DNA of 64,000 bases from a virus. Positions within the stretch are counted from its first letter, which is position 1. Each line of letters opens with the position of its first letter. Below the pieces are notes generated by a model that was given only the letters and a program-made list of their open reading frames with translations, had not been told where the DNA came from and did no database searches. Shown here piece by piece: positions 35,334 through 45,100 of the stretch. Position numbers and translations under genes: made by a program. The DNA lies in IMG/VR virus record IMGVR_UViG_3300035126_000842, positions 1 to 64,000 of that record; one strand, given 5' to 3'.

Positions 35334-36288
35334 AAATGAATATCAGTTATTAGAGGAATTTATTCAATCCAAACCTAACTTAAGTTTTTCTGGTTTGAGT
35401 AAATATCATTATAGTCCATATCTTTTTTACAAGCACTATGTGCTTAATCAGAAAGAAGACATATCCGGTGATTTTATTACTAAAGGTAAATTACTACATT
35501 GTTTGGTTTTAGAACCAGAAAAGTTTGCGGAAAAGTTTAGTCTACTACCAAACAAACTACCTATTGATAATCACCAAGTTGTACTTAAAATGTTGTATTC
35601 TAGACATTTAGATGATCCTGAATTATTGATAGCTCCTTTAGGCGATTATCAGGATGAAATTGGTCAGATTATGGCTGAAATAGATTACTATTCTGCGATT
35701 AAGACAGATTCTGATAGAGGTAAGAAACTAATTCTTGATGTTAACGAAGAATACTGGAACTATTTACTTACAGCTCAATCTAAAGTAGCAGTAAGTCAGC
35801 AGGATTACAATGAAATTCTAGAAAAGACTCAACTGTTAAATCAAGATAAAGTTTGCAAGTGGTTATTAGAGTTTACTGAGTCTGAGAAAGAAGTAAGTAT
35901 TCCAAATGCTACTGAATTCTTTGGGCTTAGAGGTATAATAGATTGTATTAGAGTCAAGGAAAATGCTAAAACAGTATTTGTAAGTGACTTAAAAACAACT
36001 AGTAAACGCATTCAGGACTTTCCTGAAACTGTTGAGTATTATAATCTGTGGTTGCAAGCAGCTTTATATTATAAGTTTGCTAAACATTATTACCCGGATT
36101 ATAGTGTAACATTTACTTTTATAGTAGTTGATAGTTATGGTGTAGTTTATCCGTTTAAAGTATCTGAATCTACTATGGAGCAATGGTTAGAAAGAACTAA
36201 TGTCCTTATAGATCAGGTAAAACAAAGTTTTGCTGAACAAAATTTTAGACTACCTAAATCATATATAAATTATGAAATATTTTTATGA
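35320..36288 (+). CDS. PD-(D/E)XK exonuclease (ExoVIII/DUF3799-like)
   Basis: LSFSGL, GKLLHCLVLEP, RGIIDCI...DLKTT, Y.LQAALY. Confidence 0.85.
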   Translation: MMESKNEYQLLEEFIQSKPNLSFSGLSKYHYSPYLFYKHYVLNQKEDISGDFITKGKLLHCLVLEPEKFAEKFSLLPNKLPIDNHQVVLKMLYSRHLDDPELLIAPLGDYQDEIGQIMAEIDYYSAIKTDSDRGKKLILDVNEEYWNYLLTAQSKVAVSQQDYNEILEKTQLLNQDKVCKWLLEFTESEKEVSIPNATEFFGLRGIIDCIRVKENAKTVFVSDLKTTSKRIQDFPETVEYYNLWLQAALYYKFAKHYYPDYSVTFTFIVVDSYGVVYPFKVSESTMEQWLERTNVLIDQVKQSFAEQNFRLPKSYINYEIFL

Positions 36289-36809
36289 TTAAAGTTCTTA
36301 AGCAGTATGTGCAAAAATCGAAGGTATTTTTATTTCCTTTGATATGTCCTAAAAATGTAAATGATATTTTAGAGATTCAATGCTACCTTAGTAGGAAAGA
36401 TGTGTACAACATCGATGATTATCAGCTTACTGTTGTAGTAGATGGTAGTAAATATCCTGAAATACACCGTGATCTAGAAGGCAAGTATTTATTTACCTCT
36501 CCTCATTTTAAGCAATCTGAAATGCGCAGATTGGGTGAAAGTAAGTATCTTTACGTGTTCGACCTTACTGATATGAAAGAAGTCTGGAGTCTTGTGCTTA
36601 CAGGCAAATATTCTCAAATACCAGAAGGAATTAAAAAGGTTATACTGGGATATTACAAAGGTCAACCTACATATGAGTATGTGAATTCTTGGTTATATCC
36701 TGACAAATATTACAAGGATTATGCTGATGATTTAAAGGTTGATATAGCAATAGTAGGTCCTGAGTTATGTAACCTACCTGATTTAGAGAAAGAAATATAT
36801 ACATCATGA
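36285..36809 (+). CDS. hypothetical protein
   Basis: 174-aa ORF between the exonuclease and the polymerase. Confidence 0.7.
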   Translation: MIKVLKQYVQKSKVFLFPLICPKNVNDILEIQCYLSRKDVYNIDDYQLTVVVDGSKYPEIHRDLEGKYLFTSPHFKQSEMRRLGESKYLYVFDLTDMKEVWSLVLTGKYSQIPEGIKKVILGYYKGQPTYEYVNSWLYPDKYYKDYADDLKVDIAIVGPELCNLPDLEKEIYTS

Positions 36810-38794
36810 GATTTGTTTTTGACTGCGAGACTCTTATTAATTGCACAGCTTTTGTTTTTGAAGAAGCTGATGTAGATGAGCAAGCTAGTGTATATACCTA
36901 TGTTATACATGATCTAAGGAATGATTTAGAAGAGCTTTGTAATTTTCTAGATACTTTAATTGTAAACAAAGATTCTTTTGTTTCTTTTAATGGTATTGCC
37001 TTTGATTCTCAGATTATAGAATTCATCATTAGAAATAGAGAAGACTTACTTAATCTACCTGGTTCTCAAGTAGCATACAATATTTACCTTAAAGCTCAAG
37101 AAGCAATAAAGCGTTCTAATAATAAAGAGTTTGCTGAGTATGGTCCGTTTGAACTTAGTATTCCTCATATTGATGTTTTTAAGCAAGGACATTTTGACTC
37201 TGCAGCAAAGAGAGCTAGTCTAAAATATTTGCAGTTTACAACAGATTGGCATAACATTGAAGAAATGCCGATACATCATTCTACAGTAATTAATAGTCTT
37301 GATCAAATAGATCAGATTATTAGTTACTGTGGTAACGATGTTAGTTCTACTAAACATCTATACAAAATATTTACACCGCAGACTTCTCAAAGAGAAATCT
37401 TTAGTGAGAAATATAAAATGGATTTACTTAGTTCTTCTGAACCTAGTATTGCAAAGAAGATATTTTCTTATTACTTGGCACCTAAAATGCGAATGAATCC
37501 TAGAGATTTTAAATCTTTACGAACATATCGCGAAAGTATTCCAGTAAAAGATATTATTCTTCCTTATACTGAATTCAAAAGTGAAGAGTTTAAGAATCTT
37601 CTAGAGGCGTTTAAAGAATTAGTAATTGATCCTGAAAAAACTAAAGATGCTTTTAAGCATTGCATAAAGACTAAAGGTATTACTATTGATTATGGTTTAG
37701 GTGGTGTTCATGGTTCTAGACTTCCTGGTATTTACAAGTCAGATGCTAAGTACTCTCTTGAATCATTTGATGTAATAAGTTTTTATCCTAATCTTGCTAT
37801 TAAAAACAAATGGTCTCCTGCTCATATTCCGGTAGAGATTTTTTGTGAACAGTATGAATGGTTTTTTAAAGAACGCGTTAAAATACCTAAGAAAGATCCT
37901 GTAAATTATCTATTTAAGATTATTTTGAATAGTGCTTACGGTCTTACTAATGAGAGAAATAGTCCTTTCTACGATCCTCTAATGACAATGAGCATTACTA
38001 TTAATGGTCAGTTATCTCTAATGATGTTATTTGAGGATGTGTTGTTAAGTATTCCAGATGCAATTCCTGTATTGGTAAATACAGATGGTGCAGAATTCTT
38101 AATACCTCGTGATAAGATGGATGTTTACAAGGAATGTTGTAAACGTTGGGAAGAAAGAACTAGCTTATCTTTGGAATTTGATGCTTACAAAGAGCTAATT
38201 ATTAGAGATGTAAATAACTATATTGGTATTTTTAAAGAAAGAGAGTGTTCTTCTGAAGAGTATTCTAAGATTAAATCAAAAAGTATATTCCCTTGTAGAG
38301 AAGAGAGCGGTAAGTTTTATTACAGTCCTACAAAATGTAAGGGTATTGCATTTGAGTTTACAGACTTAGCGCTTCATAAGAATAAAAGCTTTCTTATTAA
38401 ACGTAAGGCTTTATACAATTATTTTGTTTTTGGTAAGTTACCAGAGCAAACGTTAAAAGCTAACAAAAATATTTTTGACTACTGTGGTGGTATTAAATCA
38501 TCCTCAGAGTGGAAATTAGTTGCATTGTGTAACGACCAAGGTTCTATTACAGAATCTCCTTTACAGAAAGTAACTAGATATTATATGAGCAAGAAGGGTT
38601 GTAAGATTATTAAAGTCAACAGTGTTGACGGACGTAAGATACAACAGCATTCTGGTAATGTATATCAAACAGTATATAATGTTCATGAAGAGCAAGACTG
38701 GGTAAACTATGGTATTAACGAAAAGTTTTATCTAGATGCTATTTATGAAGAGATAAGTAACATTGTAAAAAAATCAGAAAACACTTTATTTTAA
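36806..38794 (+). CDS. polB: family B DNA polymerase
   Basis: Exo motifs FDCE, FNGIAFD, YCGNDV; Pol motifs DVISFYP, KIILNSAYG, NTDG, KCKG. Confidence 0.9.
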   Translation: MRFVFDCETLINCTAFVFEEADVDEQASVYTYVIHDLRNDLEELCNFLDTLIVNKDSFVSFNGIAFDSQIIEFIIRNREDLLNLPGSQVAYNIYLKAQEAIKRSNNKEFAEYGPFELSIPHIDVFKQGHFDSAAKRASLKYLQFTTDWHNIEEMPIHHSTVINSLDQIDQIISYCGNDVSSTKHLYKIFTPQTSQREIFSEKYKMDLLSSSEPSIAKKIFSYYLAPKMRMNPRDFKSLRTYRESIPVKDIILPYTEFKSEEFKNLLEAFKELVIDPEKTKDAFKHCIKTKGITIDYGLGGVHGSRLPGIYKSDAKYSLESFDVISFYPNLAIKNKWSPAHIPVEIFCEQYEWFFKERVKIPKKDPVNYLFKIILNSAYGLTNERNSPFYDPLMTMSITINGQLSLMMLFEDVLLSIPDAIPVLVNTDGAEFLIPRDKMDVYKECCKRWEERTSLSLEFDAYKELIIRDVNNYIGIFKERECSSEEYSKIKSKSIFPCREESGKFYYSPTKCKGIAFEFTDLALHKNKSFLIKRKALYNYFVFGKLPEQTLKANKNIFDYCGGIKSSSEWKLVALCNDQGSITESPLQKVTRYYMSKKGCKIIKVNSVDGRKIQQHSGNVYQTVYNVHEEQDWVNYGINEKFYLDAIYEEISNIVKKSENTLF

Positions 38795-38798
38795 ATTT

Positions 38799-39890
38799 AT
38801 GCCTATTAAACTTAATCCCACAAACGAGAACTCTGTAATTACTAGTTCTATTCCGGTTTACGGTAACGGATACAATCCACCATCACACAAACAAGTTATT
38901 GAGGCTAGTAAGAAAATACTAGCCGACAATAACATTACTATTGCAACTGCAGAAGGTGAAGAATCAATTAAATTTATTGGTTCTAACAAGAATGAAATAG
39001 TAGCTGCTTATTTTGTGGTGGATGTACCGTCTAACGATACCTACCAACTAGTATTTAGCTGGGTTAATTCTTATGCCAGATCTATGCGCTTTAAGTGTGC
39101 TGTAGGTTGTAGGTTAAAGACTAATCCTGCTGTATATGTTAAACATTATTTTTCCGTAAAAAAGGGTGGTGATATTTCTGATATCATTAAACTCATGGAA
39201 AATGTAATACAAAATGCTTATTCCTACTATGACAACACAATAGCAGAAATAGAAGCTCTTTCTTTTAAATCAATTTCTAGGGAAGAAACTTGTTGTTTAT
39301 TGGGTAACATTTTCTTTAATAAGAATTTAGTTACACCACACCAGGCAAGTACAATACAGAAGTGGATGACAGAAACATTTAAGGATGTTTCTAATTGGAA
39401 ATTATCTGATGTTTACGAGATGCTTTCTTTGGTAACATATACTTACCATCCTAGGTTTTGGTTGTCTGCACATTCAGAATTGCATGAGTATTTGACTGAT
39501 AGCTTTGATTCTATCATACCTATAGAATCTACACTTAACTTTAATAATGTCAGTTCTTCTACTCCGGTAGTAGCAGAAACAGAAAATGATATTGAAGAAA
39601 AGTTAGATATAGTAGTAGAAGAAGAACCTGTTGTTCCAGAACCTGAAAAAGTTGAAACTACTTTTGAAGAAAACTTTGAGCAAGAATCCCGTAAAATAGA
39701 ATATGCTGTTGTAGAAGAAACTGTTGTTGCGGAAGAAGAAGAAGATGAAGAAGTTGTTTTAGAAGAAGTAAAACAAGAAGAAGAAGAGGAAGAGGAAGAG
39801 ACAATAGTATATGACAATGTTGATGACGATGATGACTTTGGTAATACGTCTTCGTCATCTACTGTTACAGACGACGATTTTATATGGTGA
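38799..39890 (+). CDS. DUF932-like protein with long acidic C-terminal tail
   Basis: SHKQVI, WVNSYARSMRFKCAVG; last ~100 aa strongly E/D-rich. Confidence 0.55.
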   Translation: MPIKLNPTNENSVITSSIPVYGNGYNPPSHKQVIEASKKILADNNITIATAEGEESIKFIGSNKNEIVAAYFVVDVPSNDTYQLVFSWVNSYARSMRFKCAVGCRLKTNPAVYVKHYFSVKKGGDISDIIKLMENVIQNAYSYYDNTIAEIEALSFKSISREETCCLLGNIFFNKNLVTPHQASTIQKWMTETFKDVSNWKLSDVYEMLSLVTYTYHPRFWLSAHSELHEYLTDSFDSIIPIESTLNFNNVSSSTPVVAETENDIEEKLDIVVEEEPVVPEPEKVETTFEENFEQESRKIEYAVVEETVVAEEEEDEEVVLEEVKQEEEEEEEETIVYDNVDDDDDFGNTSSSSTVTDDDFIW

Positions 39891-39899
39891 TCACATAAT

Positions 39900-39923
39900 A
39901 AAAGGGGTGTAAAAACCCCTTTT
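39900..39923 (+). terminator. intrinsic terminator
   Basis: AAAAGGGG-tgtaaaaa-CCCCTTTT. Confidence 0.8.
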
Positions 39924-39940
39924 ATTTAACTCTTAGAAAA

Positions 39941-40309
39941 ATGAATATTTATCATAATGTTGAAAAAATGATTCAGGAGTGTGCTACAAAAAATCCTGAT
40001 TCAATGTATGTAGATGGACTTAGAGATTGCTATTATATTTTTAAGAAGTATTTTTACCACTCAGGTATCTATAATCAGCATTATTTACAACATGTTCTTG
40101 ATCAGTCTAATAATAAAATTGAACATCTTAAATATGAAAAATCAAATTTAGAATACGATTTGAAAATACAAAGAGAAACCTATACTAAAATAGTAGGTTT
40201 GTCTAAGTCTTCTATGGCTGATAATATAAAATCATTAGAAACAGAAGTCCGTCGACTTAAAAAACTGAATGATGATTTGTATAAACAACTTGTAAATAAT
40301 GACAAATGA
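39941..40309 (+). CDS. coiled-coil hypothetical protein
   Basis: 122-aa ORF. Confidence 0.65.
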   Translation: MNIYHNVEKMIQECATKNPDSMYVDGLRDCYYIFKKYFYHSGIYNQHYLQHVLDQSNNKIEHLKYEKSNLEYDLKIQRETYTKIVGLSKSSMADNIKSLETEVRRLKKLNDDLYKQLVNNDK

Positions 40310-40851
40310 TTCTTAGTGACTTAGAAATAGAAAGAAGACTACTAAGTAAACATCTTGGTATTAGCAATTTCAGAAAAGAGCATCTTAATCCTTGCAGTTA
40401 TGATGTTACTCTTAACCCTGAAATTGCTTTTTACCAAGACAAAACTTTTGATTGTAAAAAAGAGCATTTATTAGCAGAACCTATAATCTTAACAGATGAA
40501 GGTTACGAGTTACAACCTGGTGTTTTATATCTAGGGCACTGTAACGAATACTTAAAAATACCGTACAATTTAAAATCTACACTATCTGGTAAATCTAGTT
40601 TAGGTAGATTAGGTTTAATGATACATTTAACTGCAGGTTTTATAGACCCCGGTTTTGAAGGTTCTTTAGTTTTAGAACTGGCATGTATTCAACCTATTAA
40701 AATTTATCCGAATATGTTAATTGGTCAGATTGAGTTTGAAGAAGTAAGTGGTAATATTAAAAACGACTACTCACTAAAATCAAAATCTAAATACAATAAA
40801 CAAAAAGGAAATCAATCTAGTAAATATTATTTAAATTTTTATGGACATTAA
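40306..40851 (+). CDS. dcd: dCTP deaminase
   Basis: MILSD, NPCSYDVTL, GKSSLGRLG..IH.TAGFIDPGFEG.LVLE, IGQ. Confidence 0.9.
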   Translation: MILSDLEIERRLLSKHLGISNFRKEHLNPCSYDVTLNPEIAFYQDKTFDCKKEHLLAEPIILTDEGYELQPGVLYLGHCNEYLKIPYNLKSTLSGKSSLGRLGLMIHLTAGFIDPGFEGSLVLELACIQPIKIYPNMLIGQIEFEEVSGNIKNDYSLKSKSKYNKQKGNQSSKYYLNFYGH

Positions 40852-41239
40852 TGCATTAATCGAAAAAGCTCATTCAACAGCAAAAGAAAAAGGTTTCTGG
40901 GACAAAGAAAGAAACACAGGTGAGCTCCTTATGTTAATTGTTTCTGAATTAGCAGAAGCGCTAGAAGCAGACAGAAAACAAAGACACTGTACTTTAAACT
41001 CTACAGAATTAGAACTGGGTGTATTCTTAAGTCAAAATGTTAAGCACGAACAAAAGAAAGAAGCTTACATTGAGTACTACAATAATAACATTAAAGGAAC
41101 CTTTGAAGAGGAGATTGCAGATACCTTTATTCGTTTGTTTGATTTGGTAGGTGGTAAGAACATTAATATTACCGACCATATTATTTTGAAGATGAGATTT
41201 AATGAAACTCGCGAAAGATTACACGGAAAAAAATACTGA
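40841..41239 (+). CDS. MazG-like NTP pyrophosphohydrolase
   Basis: LIVSELAEALEA...EEEIADTFIR. Confidence 0.85.
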   Translation: MDINALIEKAHSTAKEKGFWDKERNTGELLMLIVSELAEALEADRKQRHCTLNSTELELGVFLSQNVKHEQKKEAYIEYYNNNIKGTFEEEIADTFIRLFDLVGGKNINITDHIILKMRFNETRERLHGKKY

Positions 41240-41240
41240 T

Positions 41241-42122
41241 ATGCAAAGAAAAACTATAATCAAGACAATTAAAAAAGAATTAGAATTGTGGTTGGACTCA
41301 ATTACAGATCCTGTTCTTAGAGATGATGTAAGAAAAAGTTTGTTAGTATCTGGAGGCTGTATAGCCTCCTTATACTTGCAAGAAAAAGTAAATGACTATG
41401 ATATCTATATCCAAGATATTGAAGTAGCAAAAAGACTTGCAGAATACTATGTAGGTAATGATACAAGAATGATAGTTCTTTCTGGTTCAGATAAAGAAGA
41501 ACTTGTTAAAAGTGTTGAAGGTAAGGATGATTCTGCATATGTAATCGCTGTTAAAAATCTTAAAGAAGATCAGGTAAAGATTTTCTTTGCAGAAAAAAAT
41601 GGTGGTTATGCCCCAGAGTATGATGAAGATACTGCTCCTAAATACCGTCCTGTATTTTATTCTCCTAACGCTATTAGTTTATCAGACGATATTCAGATTG
41701 TGTTAAGATTTACCGGTGATGCTGCAGCTATTCATAAGAATTTTGATTTTGTTCATGCTACTTCCTATTTTACTTACGATGAAGGTCTAGTAACTACGGT
41801 TGAAGTATTAGAATCTATTCTATCAAAAACTCTTAAGTATAGAGGTTCTTTATACCCTGTTACTTCTATTATACGCATTAAGAAGTTCATAAAACGCGGA
41901 TGGAATATCAGCGCTGGTGAAATGCTTAAGATTATGTTCCAGATATCAGAACTTAATTTAAGAGATCCTTATGTGTTAGAAGAACAACTTATTGGTGTTG
42001 ATATAGCATACTTCAGTAAACTAATAGAAATACTTTCTTCTACTAAGAAAGAAACGATAGATTCACACGCGTTAAACACTATCATAGATAAGGTGTTTAA
42101 CGAAAACGATTCTGACGAATAA
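41241..42122 (+). CDS. Pol-beta superfamily nucleotidyltransferase-like protein
   Basis: VSGGCIAS...NDYDIY and NFDFVH motifs; ATG at 41241 (ORF track starts at 41202). Confidence 0.65.
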   Translation: MQRKTIIKTIKKELELWLDSITDPVLRDDVRKSLLVSGGCIASLYLQEKVNDYDIYIQDIEVAKRLAEYYVGNDTRMIVLSGSDKEELVKSVEGKDDSAYVIAVKNLKEDQVKIFFAEKNGGYAPEYDEDTAPKYRPVFYSPNAISLSDDIQIVLRFTGDAAAIHKNFDFVHATSYFTYDEGLVTTVEVLESILSKTLKYRGSLYPVTSIIRIKKFIKRGWNISAGEMLKIMFQISELNLRDPYVLEEQLIGVDIAYFSKLIEILSSTKKETIDSHALNTIIDKVFNENDSDE

Positions 42123-42127
42123 ACAGC

Positions 42128-42163
42128 TCCCCCTACCCCTAAAAAGGTAGGGGGATTTTTTTT
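42128..42163. terminator. terminator between convergent early/middle and late modules
   Basis: TCCCCCTACC/GGTAGGGGGA stem plus T8. Confidence 0.85.
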
Positions 42164-42165
42164 AC

Positions 42166-45100
42166 TTACAGGCGGCTAAATGATTCTTTGGTTTGTATGT
42201 CGAGAATAGCATCTGTTGTTGTTCCTGAGAAACCTAAAAACTTCAACCAAAGATTTGCAATTTTAGCAGAATCTTTCTGTTGCCATTCATACGGACCTAC
42301 TCTTTTATCATAAAATCCTCTCTCATCACCAACTGCTGCTAATATACCATAAGTAAGTGATTTTGAAATAAGATCAATACTAGGTTGTAATGTTGCCATT
42401 TTAACTTGGAATAGGCTAGTGTATGTTTGCAAACCCATACCTGGTAGTGGCATAAAAGTATTATGCTCTTGTTGGAAACCTAAAATAAGTTGTAACGCTT
42501 TATTAAAAGCATAACCATCTAAATGAAACTCACCTTCATCTGCTGTTCCAAAAAATGGTAGAGGTGCTGATTTCGCTCTTAATTTTTTGTAGCGGTCTTC
42601 GTCATCAGGATCATACTCAAATAGCATACGACTAGTTAACCATAACACCAGTGCTATCATTACATCAGTAAATGTTTTAATTAAATTCCTCTTTTCATAA
42701 GGAGTTAAAGTACTCCAGTAAATGTTGAAGTTAGGATTTTTAGTAAAAATATTTTTGAAGTAATTGGCTATAAATCTTAGTGATGTTATATAGTAACCTT
42801 CTTGAACATCACCTGTTGCATAATTAATTCTTGGTGAAAACGACCATGCATCAAAAAATGATTTTTCTTTATTGTATTTAAAACTAGAACCAAAACGATT
42901 CATAAACATCATGTAAAAGAACCGTTTCATACTAAGAACCTGGTTATAAATAACAAACTTATCACCGTAGCTTTTACCTAAAGCTGATGAATCACCATTA
43001 GTTAATGCAATTTGTTGATGAATTCTATTTTTTATGAGATTGAATTTTACACCACCAACGTCATAAGTTTGATCTATACCACTTCTAAGAGAAAGTTTAC
43101 CATCTTTAATTTCCCATGCTTCCATGTAAGGTATTTCTGACTCCACTCCATTTGTAACAATCTTAACCTTTTCATAGTACATTCTTTGTGCCCATAATTT
43201 AATAGCACCTTGTGTTTCTAACCAAGTTCTGGGAGCTAATACAAATGATTGCCAATCTGCAGCATCTTGAGTATATGATCTATTAAAACTTCTACCTATT
43301 CTTTGTTTTGAACTACCTTGTTTTGGGTCAAAAGCATCTACAAGCATTTGCTCGGCAGTATATGTACCGCCTTGATAAGCATGTGTAGTTTGACCAAACA
43401 TATATTTTATTGCCCATGCTTCACCCTGAGAATAACTTTTCTTATCAACACCATCTTGTGCAGCAAGGTTAATTATGTTTTGCATACCCATTTGCACTCG
43501 GTTTCTTATAGCTGATTCTGGAGTAGAAAGAAATACAGTAGAGGTAAATCTAGTTAAAGAATTTACAGCCTTAAGGAGCATATGATTGTCAGATAGAAAA
43601 CCTCTTGTATTTTCACCTTCAAATATAGTCCTATTAAAAGATTCTACCATTTGTCTTCTAATACTAGCTTCTTTTTTATTTTTAGCACCTGCGAAAATTG
43701 TCAGGTTGTTTTCAAGAAACGCGTATTTATTAATCTTGTCTACTTCTTTCAATACGTTTTCATCATCAGCTAGTACTTTTTCTAAACCTTTTGCAATAGG
43801 CATTATTTTGACTTTCTCTTTTACCTCTTCTATACTGTAGAAATATCTAAACATAGAATAAGGTATATCCATGCTTACTTTATCTAATTCAATAGGATAT
43901 TTACCTGCAACCGGTATCTTAGATAATTCATCACCAAAAAAGTCTAGGGATACTAGTTTAAGTCTAGTACGTTTTTCTTCTTCTGTTTCAGCACTTGTTA
44001 TATTAGAAAATCCTTCTTCTGCTTCATCACCTGTTTTACCATACAGTTTAGCTTTAACGCTAGATAAGAATGATGAAAATCCAGATCTTGTATGACCAGA
44101 TAAAGTTTTTTGAGCTGCTTCAAAGTTGCTTTCAAAAAAAGAAGGTACTTGAAAATTAAGTCTTCCTAATTTAGAAGTTTCTTTTTGCTGTTTAAAAGAC
44201 ATGCTTTTTATATACTCAAGTAAATCCCACAGAGGTCTATCTGTTCTTTTTAAATTATAGTAATCTGTATTTACATACTTAGTTAAGTCTGTCTCAGAAT
44301 TCATAAAAGATTGATATTCTGAGTCAGATAAGTCAGGAATATTTGTAAGAAATTCTTCAGTTATTTTTTTACCTTTTGATTCAGCATATAATACTTCTAT
44401 TGGTTTTGGCAACCATTCTCCAAAAGCATTTATTGTAACACCCATTATACGAGGAGTTTTCAATTCCTCTTTAATTGTTACTTTATGATAGTTTCTAGAA
44501 GGAAAGTTTGTACGGATTAATTCGCCTTTACTGTTTCTAAATTCAATCATGTCCTTATAATTATCATTTATTTTTTGCTCCATATGGACTCCATTTGGAA
44601 CATAAGCAAATGATACTTTACCTCCTTCTGATACCTCATATTTTGTATGATGATCATCTATAAACTTTTTGAAGTCTTTGTTTTTTAGCGCTTTGATAAA
44701 ATTGTTGTCAGTACTAATAAAAGCTATGTCTACATACTTGCCGTTATTAATATTCTGGATAGCTTCTTTTCTATATATTTCATAAGCAGCTGTTTTACCT
44801 TTATATTGTATATCATAGAATTTACTCCACTCACCATTTATATATTCTTGCTCTGCATTAGAAGGTTGTTTACTTCTGAATTCTTTAAGAGCTTCACTAA
44901 TGTTAATGTATTTTTCATACAAAGCAAAGTTAGTTTGCTTAAGAGATTTATTTGCAGGAGGTTCTTCTGATTCATATTCAAAATCTCCAGCATATAATTT
45001 TCTTACTGTGTGCAATAACTCTATATCTTTTTCTGAAATATTTTTAGGTAAACCTCTTTCAATGTCAATTTCAATGTTTATTCTAAATAATTCATTTTCT

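Noticed and set aside
39443-39858. Ser-rich antisense ORFs
   Set aside because: They are shadows of the Glu/Asp-rich tail on the plus strand.
24286-41239. Uracil-substituted genome pathway (dcd plus altered UNG)
   Set aside because: ThyX and a MazG-like pyrophosphatase give an ordinary dCTP-to-dTTP route; nothing here indicates dU-DNA.
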